Shown here: positions 43,157 to 52,028 of the stretch, piece after piece
Layout: each line of letters opens with the position of its first letter
Position numbering within the stretch: position 1 is the stretch's first letter
Virus record (IMG/VR): IMGVR_UViG_3300037454_000941
Location: 138,063-202,062 of that record
Direction: 5' to 3' (one strand)
Length of the DNA: 64,000 nucleotides
DNA from: a virus
Lineage: Duplodnaviria > Heunggongvirae > Uroviricota > Caudoviricetes
Position numbers and translations under genes: made by a program
The notes under the pieces: generated by a model
What the model was told of the DNA's origin: nothing
The model's input: only the letters and a program-made list of their open reading frames with translations
The model's database searches: none

Positions 43157-44245
43157 ATGTTATCGTTTGGAGAATGCAAGAAAATCTCTGAAAGTGGTGA
43201 ACCATGTCAGATGCTCACCCCGGATGGAAAGTGGGTCAAGTTTGATGAATCTCAGGTCATCACTAAGTTCCGCAGAGCCCCGAGATTATTTAGCAATAGC
43301 GGCCCCAGGGTCCTCATGTACGCTTTGCACCGCCTCGAAGAGCTGGTTGAGGGACATTTCCGTAACCGCAGCAACTGGATCGATCTTCCAGCCGTCGGAT
43401 ACAAGACTGACTGGACTGTCACCGGTGGTTCTAAAGGAAAATTGGGTGGATATGTTCCCCGCGATTATCCGAGTCTCGAGGACCAGGTATACCAGGCCAG
43501 GGGACACACATTGCCGGATGGTGTCAATATGACGGATGTCCGTCTCCGCGACATCTTCAGGACGTATTTCCGTATCGTGAAGGATGGCAAAGACTACGTT
43601 GTTGAAATGCGCAATCTTGAATATGCCCTCAATAGATGGATTGAGGTATTTCGGGTCACTAAAGATTACTTCAAGCCGAACGACAACTTCAACTGTACTA
43701 CCGATAAGGCCGGCAATGGATGGAGCTGGTGCATTGACTGCGATGGACTGAGATTGAATTACCATGTGCCAAAAGCATGGAAATCGAAGATTGCACAGTA
43801 CCTGGATACCTTCTCTAACTTCTCATGGGAACATTGTAAGCGCATGGTCACGAAACAACGAATCCAGACCGTTTCACGTATCCATCCATCCGGCACCGAG
43901 GTTCTTAACAACATCGCCCTTTATGTGTGCAACTATCTGTCCATTATCAGCCAGGTGGATATGCATATGAAGGAGTTCAGCGACTTTATTGAGACCAATA
44001 TGGCAAAAAGTGATGACCCGACTCACCACGTGTCCAAGCCGGAGTGGGTACCCGACAATCGTAGTCTGGTCATATACAATCAGTTCGATGAATTCGCTAA
44101 TTATCGAGATGCTTCGCTCGGAAAGCGAAAACATGATGCGGAAGGGAGACTTGACCATACGCAGGCGAAGATGATTCTTCTCCGGTATTTCAATCAAAAA
44201 TATCATGGCACTATCTATGCAGTGCGTGACGGCGAGGGGAATTAA
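43157..44245 (+). CDS. hypothetical protein
   Basis: 362-aa ORF. Confidence 0.65.
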   Translation: MLSFGECKKISESGEPCQMLTPDGKWVKFDESQVITKFRRAPRLFSNSGPRVLMYALHRLEELVEGHFRNRSNWIDLPAVGYKTDWTVTGGSKGKLGGYVPRDYPSLEDQVYQARGHTLPDGVNMTDVRLRDIFRTYFRIVKDGKDYVVEMRNLEYALNRWIEVFRVTKDYFKPNDNFNCTTDKAGNGWSWCIDCDGLRLNYHVPKAWKSKIAQYLDTFSNFSWEHCKRMVTKQRIQTVSRIHPSGTEVLNNIALYVCNYLSIISQVDMHMKEFSDFIETNMAKSDDPTHHVSKPEWVPDNRSLVIYNQFDEFANYRDASLGKRKHDAEGRLDHTQAKMILLRYFNQKYHGTIYAVRDGEGN

Positions 44246-44248
44246 AAC

Positions 44249-44572
44249 ATGACCATCCAATCATTCATCATCCGTAATGCGGCCAACCTCCGGTGCCGGT
44301 TCAAGACGCGCCAGCGTGACGCCAAGGAGGCCAAGCACAACGTGCGCATGGAGTTCTACCGTGTTGTACAGATCGAACTCAAGAAATTCGTGAACTGGGC
44401 GTACTCCAAGGCGAGCGAGGAAACGAGGCGTGAATTGGACACGCTGTATCGACCGGAGGGTGACTGCACGATCCGATGGATCGGCGGTCCGTCGGGTTGG
44501 ATGAACGACATCCATGCCAGGACCAGACAGGTACCTAACGGCGGTAGCGGCTGCACAATCAAGGAGGCCTAG
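44249..44572 (+). CDS. hypothetical protein
   Basis: 107-aa ORF. Confidence 0.45.
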   Translation: MTIQSFIIRNAANLRCRFKTRQRDAKEAKHNVRMEFYRVVQIELKKFVNWAYSKASEETRRELDTLYRPEGDCTIRWIGGPSGWMNDIHARTRQVPNGGSGCTIKEA

Positions 44573-44573
44573 T

Positions 44574-44915
44574 ATGGACGGAAAGCAATTCCTCAAAGAA
44601 GCCAAGGAAGCATACTCGGAAAACTACCAGGTGGACTTTTCCAATTTTACCGTGGAGGAGTTTAAGCGGTCAATCTACCATTATACCGGAAGGTGTGATA
44701 CGGCCATTAACTACATGATTGCTCTCCTTCGTCAGAAAAACAGGGAAGAACGTAAGCAATATGAAGTCCTCACTCTCCATGGTGGCCGACAGGCTGACGT
44801 GGACAATGCATTGAAAAGGGCAAAGGAAGAAACGGATTCATGGGATGTAGTGCGGTGTCTCGATTTGCCAGTAGTTGCCTTCTTCGTCGTAATATTCTCT
44901 GCCGATGCTCATTGA
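44574..44915 (+). CDS. hypothetical protein
   Basis: ATG in-frame with track ORF 44514. Confidence 0.45.
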   Translation: MDGKQFLKEAKEAYSENYQVDFSNFTVEEFKRSIYHYTGRCDTAINYMIALLRQKNREERKQYEVLTLHGGRQADVDNALKRAKEETDSWDVVRCLDLPVVAFFVVIFSADAH

Positions 44916-44945
44916 TGGCCTCCTTTGTGCATGAAATATAGTAAA

Positions 44946-44957
44946 GTTGCTATATTT
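44946..44957 (+). promoter_or_regulatory. extended -10 promoter motif (GTTGCTATATTT)
   Basis: upstream of AAAGGAG-led ATG 44975. Confidence 0.5.
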
Positions 44958-44974
44958 CAGCCAAAGGAGTTATC

Positions 44975-45169
44975 ATGAAAGGATCCGAACTTGTTGCCGA
45001 GATACAGGAACTGATTAAGAAGCATGGCGATTTCGACGTCGCCAGGGCCGTGCGCGAGGAAGGTGCGCTGTATGATACGTTCGAGCCCATCAGCGGTGTG
45101 GACGTAGGACAGGAATATAACGCCTACCGCGGGGAGAATGTGGGCCCGAAATACATCGTAATCGGTTAG
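44975..45169 (+). CDS. hypothetical small protein
   Basis: 64 aa. Confidence 0.5.
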   Translation: MKGSELVAEIQELIKKHGDFDVARAVREEGALYDTFEPISGVDVGQEYNAYRGENVGPKYIVIG

Positions 45170-45409
45170 TTTCTTACGTGGAGCTTACAGAAAACTTATT
45201 TAATTCTTATTTCTTCAAAAAGCGGTCAAAAACCCTTTACAGCCGGAAATAAATTTGCTAAACTTATAGTCACAAGGAATACTTATGAACCAGAGAATTA
45301 CGACAATCATTACGAAGAAGCCCACCGGCTGGATGAAACCAGGCCGCGGTTTCGATGGTATTGATGGAATGATTCAATGTGTTCACCGGTAGTCCAAGTA
45401 CCCAGTTTT

Positions 45410-45460
45410 CTGCAGAAGAAAGGGGTCCCGGTGAAAACACCGGGACCCCTTCTGCATTCG
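45410..45460. other. long near-perfect hairpin (about 20-bp stem)
   Basis: TGCAGAAG(AAA)GGGGTCCCGGTG-AAAA-CACCGGGACCCCTTCTGCA. Confidence 0.6.
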
Positions 45461-45552
45461 CTGGTAAGCGCCGGGAGCCGTCGGACGGACAACTCGAGTA
45501 AGGTCGCCCGCTCCTCCCGGCGCCGGGACAGTCAGCACATGTCCCACCCCCT

Positions 45553-45624
45553 AGCCCTCGGGTGTGACTGGTAGCATCGCAGACTCCAAATCTGCAGGAT
45601 GGCGTTCGAAGCGTCAGGGGGCTG
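45553..45624 (+). tRNA. tRNA-Trp (CCA)-like, third copy
   Basis: acceptor AGCCCTC/GGGGGCT, AC stem GCAGA/TCTGC loop CTCCAAA, T-loop TTCGAAG. Confidence 0.45.
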
Positions 45625-45628
45625 TTAC

Positions 45629-45701
45629 GCATCTGTAGCTCAGTTGGTAGAGCGCATCCTTGCCATGGATGAGGTCACCGGATCGAAGCCGGCCAGATGC
45701 T
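45629..45701 (+). tRNA. tRNA-Gly (GCC)
   Basis: acceptor GCATCTG/CAGATGC, AC stem CATCC/GGATG loop TTGCCAT, T-loop ATCGAAG. Confidence 0.6.
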
Positions 45702-45710
45702 CGAAATTAC

Positions 45711-45781
45711 GCGCCTATGGTGTATTGGCTGCATCGCTGCCTTCCAAGCAGCGGGATCCGTTTCGACTACGGATAGGCGCT
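45711..45781 (+). tRNA. tRNA-Gly (TCC)
   Basis: acceptor GCGCCTA/TAGGCGC, AC stem GCTGC/GCAGC loop CTTCCAA. Confidence 0.6.
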
Positions 45782-45788
45782 TTAAAAT

Positions 45789-45859
45789 GCTTCTATATGC
45801 TAATGGTAGACGAGCGGACTCTTAATCCGTGGGTTCTGGTTCGAGTCCAGATAGGAGCA
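45789..45859 (+). tRNA. tRNA-Lys (CTT)
   Basis: AC stem GCGGA/TCCGT loop CTCTTAA, T-loop TTCGAGT. Confidence 0.55.
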
Positions 45860-45866
45860 CTAACAT

Positions 45867-45938
45867 TCCGGCGTAGCTCAGTTGGTAGAGCGGCCCCTTC
45901 ATACGGGGTTGGTCGCAGGTTCGAGCCCTGCCACCGGG
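45867..45938 (+). tRNA. tRNA-Met (CAT)
   Basis: AC stem GCCCC/GGGGT loop TTCATAC, T-loop TTCGAGC. Confidence 0.6.
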
Positions 45939-45951
45939 ACTAACAATCAAC

Positions 45952-46027
45952 TTCGATGCGTGGTGTAATTGGTTAGCACGCCGCTCTGATAAGGCGGTAG
46001 TTGTTGGTTCGAGTCCAGCCGTATCGA
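45952..46027 (+). tRNA. tRNA-Ile (GAT)
   Basis: acceptor TCGATGC/GTATCGA, AC stem CCGCT/GGCGG loop CTGATAA. Confidence 0.55.
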
Positions 46028-46041
46028 CTAAGGAGTAAGAA

Positions 46042-46076
46042 TATGAACAGACGAAAACGTAATACCTCGCGAATTT
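46042..46076 (+). other. tiny SD-led ORF (MNRRKRNTSRI, 11 codons) inside tRNA array
   Basis: AAGGAG 6 nt upstream of ATG; similar tiny basic ORF (MKKLKLKRL) at 7058-7087. Confidence 0.25.
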
Positions 46077-46081
46077 GACTT

Positions 46082-46154
46082 CACGGGTGTGGCGAAATTG
46101 GTATCGCAATAGACTTTTAATCTATGGGCTGCGGGTTCGATCCCCGTCACCCGT
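46082..46154 (+). tRNA. tRNA-Lys (TTT)
   Basis: acceptor ACGGGTG/CACCCGT, AC stem ATAGA/TCTAT loop CTTTTAA, T-loop TTCGATC. Confidence 0.65.
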
Positions 46155-46159
46155 ATAAC

Positions 46160-46234
46160 TGGGGCCATAGTTCAGTTGGCTAGAACGCCGGCTTGTCACG
46201 CCGGAAATCGCGGGTTCGAGCCCCGCTGGTCCCG
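46160..46234 (+). tRNA. tRNA-Asp (GTC), paralog of 5796
   Basis: acceptor GGGGCCA/TGGTCCC, AC stem CCGGC/GCCGG loop TTGTCAC. Confidence 0.65.
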
Positions 46235-46238
46235 CTAC

Positions 46239-46312
46239 GGTGCCGTAGCTCAGTTGGACAGAGCAGCCGTCTTCTAAACGGCCGGTCGAATGTTCGACTC
46301 ATTCCGGCATCA
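46239..46312 (+). tRNA. tRNA-Arg (TCT)
   Basis: AC stem GCCGT/ACGGC loop CTTCTAA, T-loop TTCGACT. Confidence 0.65.
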
Positions 46313-46321
46313 CGAATTTTT

Positions 46322-46394
46322 CGGCGTATAGCGCAGTTGGTAGCGCACATGCTTCGGGAGCATGGGGTCGCTGGTTCGAGTCCAGCTACGCCGA
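46322..46394 (+). tRNA. tRNA-Pro (CGG)
   Basis: acceptor CGGCGTA/TACGCCG, AC stem CATGC/GCATG loop TTCGGGA. Confidence 0.65.
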
Positions 46395-46404
46395 CTAGAC
46401 TTTC

Positions 46405-46477
46405 CGGGGTGTAGCTCAGATGGTAGAGCGCCTGCTTTGGGAGCAGGATGTCGCAGGTTCGAGCCCTGCTACCCCGA
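46405..46477 (+). tRNA. tRNA-Pro (TGG)
   Basis: acceptor CGGGGTG/TACCCCG, AC stem CCTGC/GCAGG loop TTTGGGA. Confidence 0.65.
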
Positions 46478-46480
46478 TAT

Positions 46481-46553
46481 GCCGTCGTAGCTCAGTTGGT
46501 AGAGCAGCGCACCTGTAATGCGCCGGTCGCTGGTTCGATGCCGGCCGACGGCT
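46481..46553 (+). tRNA. tRNA-Thr (TGT)
   Basis: acceptor GCCGTCG/CGACGGC, AC stem GCGCA/TGCGC loop CCTGTAA. Confidence 0.6.
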
Positions 46554-46556
46554 TAT

Positions 46557-46629
46557 GCCGGGTTAGCTCACTTGGCAGAGCGGCGCATTCGTAATGCGCA
46601 GGTCGCAGGTTCGAGCCCTGCACCCGGCT
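46557..46629 (+). tRNA. tRNA-Thr (CGT)
   Basis: acceptor GCCGGGT/ACCCGGC, AC stem GCGCA/TGCGC loop TTCGTAA. Confidence 0.65.
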
Positions 46630-46637
46630 CTCGCTTT

Positions 46638-46649
46638 TTTGCTATATTT
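46638..46649 (+). promoter_or_regulatory. extended -10 promoter motif (TTTGCTATATTT)
   Basis: 5 nt upstream of ATG 46655. Confidence 0.55.
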
Positions 46650-46654
46650 CAGGC

Positions 46655-47494
46655 ATGAAGCAATCCGAATTTACCAGACTACTTGACTGTTTTGTCGTGC
46701 ACGAAGGTTCGTCCGACAAGAAACCCCTCGAAGACTACTGCCATACCGGCCTCCTCGTCGACGCAAAGGGCGACCCGGATGCCGAAATCAGGCATGTCGT
46801 CACCGGCGTCAGCCTCCGCAAGGAACTCATCCTCCGCGCCATCGAACAGAAGGCCGACGCAATCATCGTCCATCACCCGAACGGCTTCTGGAAATCCGAG
46901 AAGGACAAGCGCCTCATCGGTACCCACGGCGAATACATGCGCCTCCTCATCCAGAACGGCATCAACCTCTACGGCTACCACCTCCACCTCGACCGCCATT
47001 ACCTGGTGGGCAACAACTTCACCATTGGCCGTCTCATCCAGTGCGAAGATCCGCAGCACCGCATGACGTTCACCCCGTTCCTCGACGGCATCGGCGTGAT
47101 GTTCGACGGTTGCCCGGCGAAGGAAACAATCGACAACGTGTTCCCGAACGGCTGGAACGTGGCGGGGGACCCTGAAGCTGTGAAACGCTTGCTCGATCCG
47201 TCCGTCGACAAGAAGTTCGCCGTATGCTCCGGCAGCTGCGGCCCGTCCGGCCTCGAAGAGGCCGAAATGCTCGGCGCCGACGTGCTCGTCACCGGGGAAA
47301 TCCGCGAATCCATGCCGATCTACGCCGAAGAGCACGGCATGGCGATTATCTACGCCGGCCACCACCGTTCCGAAATCTTCTGTGTCCAGTTCCTCGCCGA
47401 CTACATCATGGGCGCTGGCCAGTTCGAGGGCATGGGTGACAAGCGCTTCGAAGGCGTCACCGCGGAATTCATCGACATCGACAATCCTGTATAA
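46655..47494 (+). CDS. Nif3-family dinuclear metal center protein (YqfO/YbgI-like; GTP cyclohydrolase I type 2 homolog)
   Basis: RAIEQKADAIIVHHP ... GHHRSE motifs of the Nif3/DUF34 family. Confidence 0.7.
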   Translation: MKQSEFTRLLDCFVVHEGSSDKKPLEDYCHTGLLVDAKGDPDAEIRHVVTGVSLRKELILRAIEQKADAIIVHHPNGFWKSEKDKRLIGTHGEYMRLLIQNGINLYGYHLHLDRHYLVGNNFTIGRLIQCEDPQHRMTFTPFLDGIGVMFDGCPAKETIDNVFPNGWNVAGDPEAVKRLLDPSVDKKFAVCSGSCGPSGLEEAEMLGADVLVTGEIRESMPIYAEEHGMAIIYAGHHRSEIFCVQFLADYIMGAGQFEGMGDKRFEGVTAEFIDIDNPV

Positions 47495-47985
47495 TGACCG
47501 AAGAACAGTTCATCGCCATCCTCCCGCTGTTCCGCGGGACGCCCAAGCAGGTAAAGGCTGCGCTTGCGCCATACCCGGAAATCCACCGTATCGACATCGG
47601 CGTGATTCGCAAGATTCTGGGTTACACCGGCGAGCCGACCAAGACCAACGGGACGCCCGAAGTCCTTGCCGAGATGGTGGACAGGTACCGCAACGGGGAG
47701 GGGACGCTGCGCGGCCTCGCCGTCGAGTACCACGTCGCGCCCAAGACGTTCCAGCGGGCCTTGCACAAGGCGGGGTTCGACACCTCCAGGCAGGATACGT
47801 GGACCACCATAAAGGAAAAGCGCTTCCTGAAATACATTTCCGACGGGATGAGCTATACCGCGATCGCAAAACTGTTCAACATTAGCGTCTCGGCGGTGTC
47901 CCAGAAGGCCCACCGTCTCGGGGTTCCCAATGTCAAGCCGGGCCATCCCTGCAAGTTCAAGGGTGTGCGGCTGAGCAAGAAATAA
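47494..47985 (+). CDS. HTH DNA-binding protein
   Basis: C-terminal MSYTAIAKLFNISVSAVSQKAHRLG helix-turn-helix. Confidence 0.5.
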   Translation: MTEEQFIAILPLFRGTPKQVKAALAPYPEIHRIDIGVIRKILGYTGEPTKTNGTPEVLAEMVDRYRNGEGTLRGLAVEYHVAPKTFQRALHKAGFDTSRQDTWTTIKEKRFLKYISDGMSYTAIAKLFNISVSAVSQKAHRLGVPNVKPGHPCKFKGVRLSKK

Positions 47986-48033
47986 CTATTCACTCTCTAA
48001 CGGGCTGCTCGGAAGGCAGCAAAGGATAACAAA

Positions 48034-48861
48034 ATGGATATTCAGCTCCAAAAGCACAACGAAAAGGTTCCTGACAGCATCATGGAACATGTCCGCCGGG
48101 TCCCGACAAAGAACCTTTCCGAGCTCAACGCGGAACTCGCTCCGCTCGGCTTCGCCGCAATCGAAGTCGTCCAGGGCAAGGTTGACTGGAAGAACGACAC
48201 CACCCCGTATCCGAAGCCGGACCACTACATGGAAATCTTCGAAATCCATGACTATGTTGACCGCATGGTCGGCATCGCGCTCGAAAAGCCGGACGACGCC
48301 CGCGACCTTGTCACCAAGCTCCGCGGACTTCGCGAAACGCTCAAAAGCTGGGGTGCGAACGAAGGGGTCATCCGTTATGCACTTCCTTCCGCATGCAGGG
48401 AACGCGTCGCAAGCGATGCCGGCTTCATCAACAATATCACGGTCAAGGACATCCTGGTCAAGATTGAAGAGCTCCGCAAGGTCGCGGTACAGCTCCGCGC
48501 TCTCGACGGCGTGAAGGCTGCCGATGAAATGGCGTTAAAGTTCGCCGGCAAGTGGATCAAGCTCCATGAAAACTGCTATGGCAAGGTAAAGGACGTGGTG
48601 TCGTGCAACAACGACACTTTCGCCCAGGTTACCGGCGAAAAGTATGGCGTCGAACTCGATCTCGTTGTCGAACGGAGCAATACGGACAATTATCTCTCCC
48701 TCGACGACAAGAACGACATGGCATATCCGGTCTGCCTTGAAGATGCAGTGGAAGTCGCCCCGCACGACGTCCGCCAGATGGTGTGGGAATGGGAATCCCG
48801 TTTCGACCAGCACCGCAAGGATTTCCGCGACAAGTTCGATGCGGCCTGCGTGGGGAGGTAG
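48034..48861 (+). CDS. hypothetical protein
   Basis: 275-aa ORF. Confidence 0.6.
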   Translation: MDIQLQKHNEKVPDSIMEHVRRVPTKNLSELNAELAPLGFAAIEVVQGKVDWKNDTTPYPKPDHYMEIFEIHDYVDRMVGIALEKPDDARDLVTKLRGLRETLKSWGANEGVIRYALPSACRERVASDAGFINNITVKDILVKIEELRKVAVQLRALDGVKAADEMALKFAGKWIKLHENCYGKVKDVVSCNNDTFAQVTGEKYGVELDLVVERSNTDNYLSLDDKNDMAYPVCLEDAVEVAPHDVRQMVWEWESRFDQHRKDFRDKFDAACVGR

Positions 48862-48863
48862 TC

Positions 48864-49316
48864 ATGCTTAAGTCGAAGCTCGGCGTCATGGACACGCAGT
48901 CCGGCGAAATCAAGTGGACCGGCGAGCAGGACGTCGCGGAAACGGTCGAGTTCCTGGTCGAGAAGGGCGAGATGAAGGCTACATTCTGGCCCGACAAGGG
49001 TCCGATGTCGTCGGTCAAGGAGTTGCTTGACGCCTTGAAACCGTTGCGCGAACGCGTCCTTTCCCCGCGAGGGACGATCGAAGTCCTTACCAAGGGCAAG
49101 ATGACGTGCTACAAGTACGGCGTCCCCCGCAAGGAAGACGGCAGGGAAGTGCAGGACCTGACCATGACGGTGATTACGGGCAAGGTGGTAATCAGTGTCG
49201 GGGACCGCATCCGCCCGATCCGCGCAATCGAAAAGAAACAATTAAAGGCCGCCATGCGGCAAAGGATAGCAAGGAGAGAACCATGCTTAAGAATACCATT
49301 ATCATCTGTGCGCTAG
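48864..49316 (+). CDS. hypothetical protein
   Basis: ATG in-frame with track ORF 48783. Confidence 0.5.
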   Translation: MLKSKLGVMDTQSGEIKWTGEQDVAETVEFLVEKGEMKATFWPDKGPMSSVKELLDALKPLRERVLSPRGTIEVLTKGKMTCYKYGVPRKEDGREVQDLTMTVITGKVVISVGDRIRPIRAIEKKQLKAAMRQRIARREPCLRIPLSSVR

Positions 49317-49591
49317 TCGCAGCATCGGCATTTGCCGACCTTTGTGCCGATTTCGTCGTGGTCAACATCGCCACGAACGATACGACCCTCCACTTCTCCC
49401 AGAAGGGCCTCAACAAGGGCGACGTTACCAACGGCGACTGCCATTACGAAACCGACTGGTTCGGTAGCGGCGTGCAGTGGCGATGCGAGAACATGTACCT
49501 TATCAAGGACGGCCAGTCCCTCTACATCCCCAAGCGCAACGGGGAGTTCTCGCAGAAGCAGTTCACGTTCGCCTGCGAAAGCATCTGGTAG
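49283..49591 (+). CDS. small secreted protein (paralog of 39967)
   Basis: AAGGAGAGAACCATG; signal peptide ...CALVAASAFAD. Confidence 0.5.
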   Translation: MLKNTIIICALVAASAFADLCADFVVVNIATNDTTLHFSQKGLNKGDVTNGDCHYETDWFGSGVQWRCENMYLIKDGQSLYIPKRNGEFSQKQFTFACESIW

Positions 49592-49611
49592 GACTTATCC
49601 GATAGAGAGAG

Positions 49612-49636
49612 AAACAACAAGCCCCGGCTTCTGCCG
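49612..49636. terminator. bidirectional Rho-independent terminator between convergent genes
   Basis: AGCCCCGGC-TTCT-GCCGGGGCT flanked by A/T runs. Confidence 0.6.
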
Positions 49637-49647
49637 GGGCTTTCATG

Positions 49648-50463
49648 TTATTTGACGCGCTTGATGAACTTTTCCTCGTATTTGTCGAGCAGTGCCCGTT
49701 TCTTGTCGTCGATGGGGTAGCGTTCGCAGCCCTTGGGCTTCATGAACCTGACCAACGCGCGGATGAAATCGGGCGTCACCGTCTCGTAGTGCCTGAACGG
49801 GGATTTGAACCTATCCAGGAGCCTCTCGAAGGCGTCCACGGTATACTTGCTGTCCTCGGAAGCGGCTTTCCATACAGTCTGCATTTCCCCGAGGACGTTG
49901 TTGGTGTCGTGGTAGCCGTACATGAAGCCGAGGTCTTTCAGCTTGCCTTCGTAGGGGTCGTCGAGCACGCAGTTGGTGTCGTCGACGATGTAGCGGACGC
50001 AGTCGCGGTATTTCCCCTTCGTGTCGAACGCCATGCCCTGGATTTCGACGAACTCGATGCGCCTGACACGGACGGTGTGGTCCTCGCGGTCAATCTCGAC
50101 GTCGGGGAAGAAGTTCTCTCCCCACCCGTCCGAAATCTGCCCGTTGAGGTACTTGACGACTTCCTGGGTGAACGAGTAGAAGTTCGCCATCTCGTCCGCG
50201 GTGACGGTGAAGCATACGTAGAGCTGCTTGTCGCGGGCGCTGACGTGGGTCGTGATTTCCCTGATTACGTTGCCCTTGCTGGTGTCCCCTTCGTGGAGGC
50301 AGTCGGCGAGCGAGGGTGCGCAGGAGAACGCGATGACTTCCTTGTCGCATTCGAGCTCCTCGATTATTTCGAGCAGTTTCCAGTGGGGCGGGTCGATTTC
50401 ATCGTCGTCGGACCTGCGGGTGAACGTGAGCGGGGCGAAAAATTTGAGTTGGTGCTGTATCAT
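49648..50463 (-). CDS. hypothetical protein
   Basis: minus-strand ORF; its ATG lies about 20 nt downstream of a minus-strand TTTGCTATATTTT motif (complement of 50481-50493). Confidence 0.6.
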   Translation of the reverse strand: MIQHQLKFFAPLTFTRRSDDDEIDPPHWKLLEIIEELECDKEVIAFSCAPSLADCLHEGDTSKGNVIREITTHVSARDKQLYVCFTVTADEMANFYSFTQEVVKYLNGQISDGWGENFFPDVEIDREDHTVRVRRIEFVEIQGMAFDTKGKYRDCVRYIVDDTNCVLDDPYEGKLKDLGFMYGYHDTNNVLGEMQTVWKAASEDSKYTVDAFERLLDRFKSPFRHYETVTPDFIRALVRFMKPKGCERYPIDDKKRALLDKYEEKFIKRVK

Positions 50464-50480
50464 TGTAAAACCTCTGCAAT

Positions 50481-50514
50481 AAAATATAGCAAACTCGCGC
50501 ATTTTGCTATATTT
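50481..50514. promoter_or_regulatory. back-to-back divergent promoter motifs (minus-strand TTTGCTATATTTT; plus-strand TTTGCTATATTT at 50503-50514)
   Basis: two copies of the motif in opposite orientation 10 nt apart. Confidence 0.5.
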
Positions 50515-50580
50515 CATGGCATGGATATTTACTTAATTACGGCGAGTGCGCACTGATGCTCGAACCGGCATGAGGCATAT

Positions 50581-50994
50581 ATGGAAGCACACAACATTCT
50601 TGTCACTGTCCATGGCCATGAATACAGCGTCAAGCAGAAAAACGGTGGTTGGTGCGTATTTCCGACCCCGTTGCATGCGGACGATGAAATCGAAGTCCTG
50701 CGCAAGGCCAACCGGACGGTCAACGGCTATTACGAATCCCTCCAGGGTTCCATCATTTACATGGAAGGACTTGGCTCGGCAACCCGCATCACGATGCAGG
50801 TCGCCAAGCTGATCGGGGATCTCCTTGCCAACATCGTCATCGACGAGGACCCGACCCGGTCCGGGTACGACACTGCATATTCCCCGAAAATCGTGTTCCA
50901 TAATCGGGAAGATTTGCTTGTGTATGTGGAAAAATATGCTCCATTTGCGATGGAACTGATAAAGCAGCTTGGAAAAGATTATAAGCTGCAATAA
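50581..50994 (+). CDS. hypothetical protein
   Basis: 137-aa ORF. Confidence 0.55.
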   Translation: MEAHNILVTVHGHEYSVKQKNGGWCVFPTPLHADDEIEVLRKANRTVNGYYESLQGSIIYMEGLGSATRITMQVAKLIGDLLANIVIDEDPTRSGYDTAYSPKIVFHNREDLLVYVEKYAPFAMELIKQLGKDYKLQ

Positions 50995-51010
50995 ATTTCG
51001 CTCTTTTTGG

Positions 51011-51040
51011 TTGACATTCGTAGTTTAAATTGCTACATTT
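51011..51040 (+). promoter_or_regulatory. sigma70-like promoter (TTGACA-18nt-TACATT) overlapping the phage motif AATTGCTACATTT
   Basis: heads the ORF-free 51050-53810 region. Confidence 0.5.
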
Positions 51041-51049
51041 AGGTCAGCC

Positions 51050-51465
51050 GGAAAGACCGGTGGTTTGGCCGTGAGCCATATCGGAAGATTGACATTCTGG
51101 AAGTGTTTTAAATTTGCAGCGGTGGTACGGGTATTTAACCGGGTTAACTCCCCTATGATTTTACCTGCCCGTACCGCCGAAAAGTTTGAAAGTGGCCGCC
51201 TGCAGCGGCATCGTAGTTCCTCGTCGTACCAAAACATGGCATGGTCTTGATAGTAAAGAGTGCAGGGTTGCATGCGACCCGGGTATTCTCCCATGTACTG
51301 GGCGTGCAAACTGTACGCCGACGTAACGACCTAAGCCCCTCGGCTGGGGGCGTTGTTCCTGGACTGACCGTAGTACGTTGGAAAGGGGACGATCGTAGAA
51401 GTAGGAAGAGTCAGCCCCCTCTGGGAGATCTTGCCGTCAAAGGCGCCGTGAGGCAAAGGGGCACC
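51050..51465 (+). ncRNA. candidate structured ncRNA segment A (unknown class)
   Basis: no ORF over 65 codons; 11-bp long-range helix GGTGGTACGGG...CCCGTACCGCC; GC-rich; ends at tRNA-Pro. Confidence 0.4.
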
Positions 51466-51467
51466 TA

Positions 51468-51543
51468 CGGGATGTAGTTCAGCCTGATTTAGAACGCTCG
51501 CTTTGGGAGCGAGAAGTCCCTGGTTTAAATCCAGGTATCCCGA
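51468..51543 (+). tRNA. tRNA-Pro (TGG)
   Basis: acceptor CGGGATG/TATCCCG, AC stem CTCGC/GCGAG loop TTTGGGA, T-arm CCTGG-TTTAAAT-CCAGG. Confidence 0.6.
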
Positions 51544-51554
51544 TATATAACGCC

Positions 51555-52025
51555 GATGGGACGATTGAGTTTCCTGGATACTCGTTCGACCGGTTCCTTG
51601 CGGCGATAGGAAACTAGTCGCATGTTTGGTGAGATGTTTAGTTTCGACTGGGCATCGGACCATCAGCTACCCAACGGGGAAACCCGTTGAAATTGAAGGA
51701 AACTTTGATTTCATAGTTGATTAGACTCAGTAATGCATAGCAATATGCTGAACTACGTTAGGAAGGTCATGGCACCCTGGGATGTACGGTCAAGTCCCCC
51801 GCCCTGCCGTCCGTGGTTAAACAGTCCTGATGGGTAGGGACAGTGCTGCGGGCATGACAAGCCTTCCTAACATTGTCGATGACCACCCACAGGGGCAACC
51901 CCTGCATTACCCGATTAAGTTCGGGTTCCCGTAAAGGGCCAACGCCGGGACGCCGCTCACACATCTTCAGTGGGTGAGTTCCCGCCCCGGCAAAGGTTTT
52001 CTATATTGAAACAGGTGGACTATGT
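51555..52025 (+). ncRNA. candidate structured ncRNA segment B with tmRNA-like 5' motif
   Basis: contains GGTGAGATGTTTAGTTTCGACTGGGCATCGGACC, similar to the tmRNA 5' end GGGGGTGCTTGGTTTCGACTGGACATCTGACC; GNRA loops (GGGAAACCC); no canonical tmRNA 3' end found. Confidence 0.35.
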
Positions 52026-52028
52026 ATT

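Noticed and set aside
46679-47946. Long antisense or alternative-frame ORFs (46679-47365 minus 228 aa; 46683-47066; 47382-47885; 47401-47946 minus)
   Set aside because: They overlap the well-supported Nif3 and HTH genes. Their compositions (Arg/Ala/Pro-rich) are typical GC-rich frame artefacts.
49645-50556. Plus-strand ORF 49645-50556 (303 aa) overlapping minus-strand gene 49648-50463
   Set aside because: The minus-strand ORF has a promoter motif and ATG at the expected spacing and a less biased composition. The plus frame is V/G/D/E-rich and begins inside the convergent terminator.
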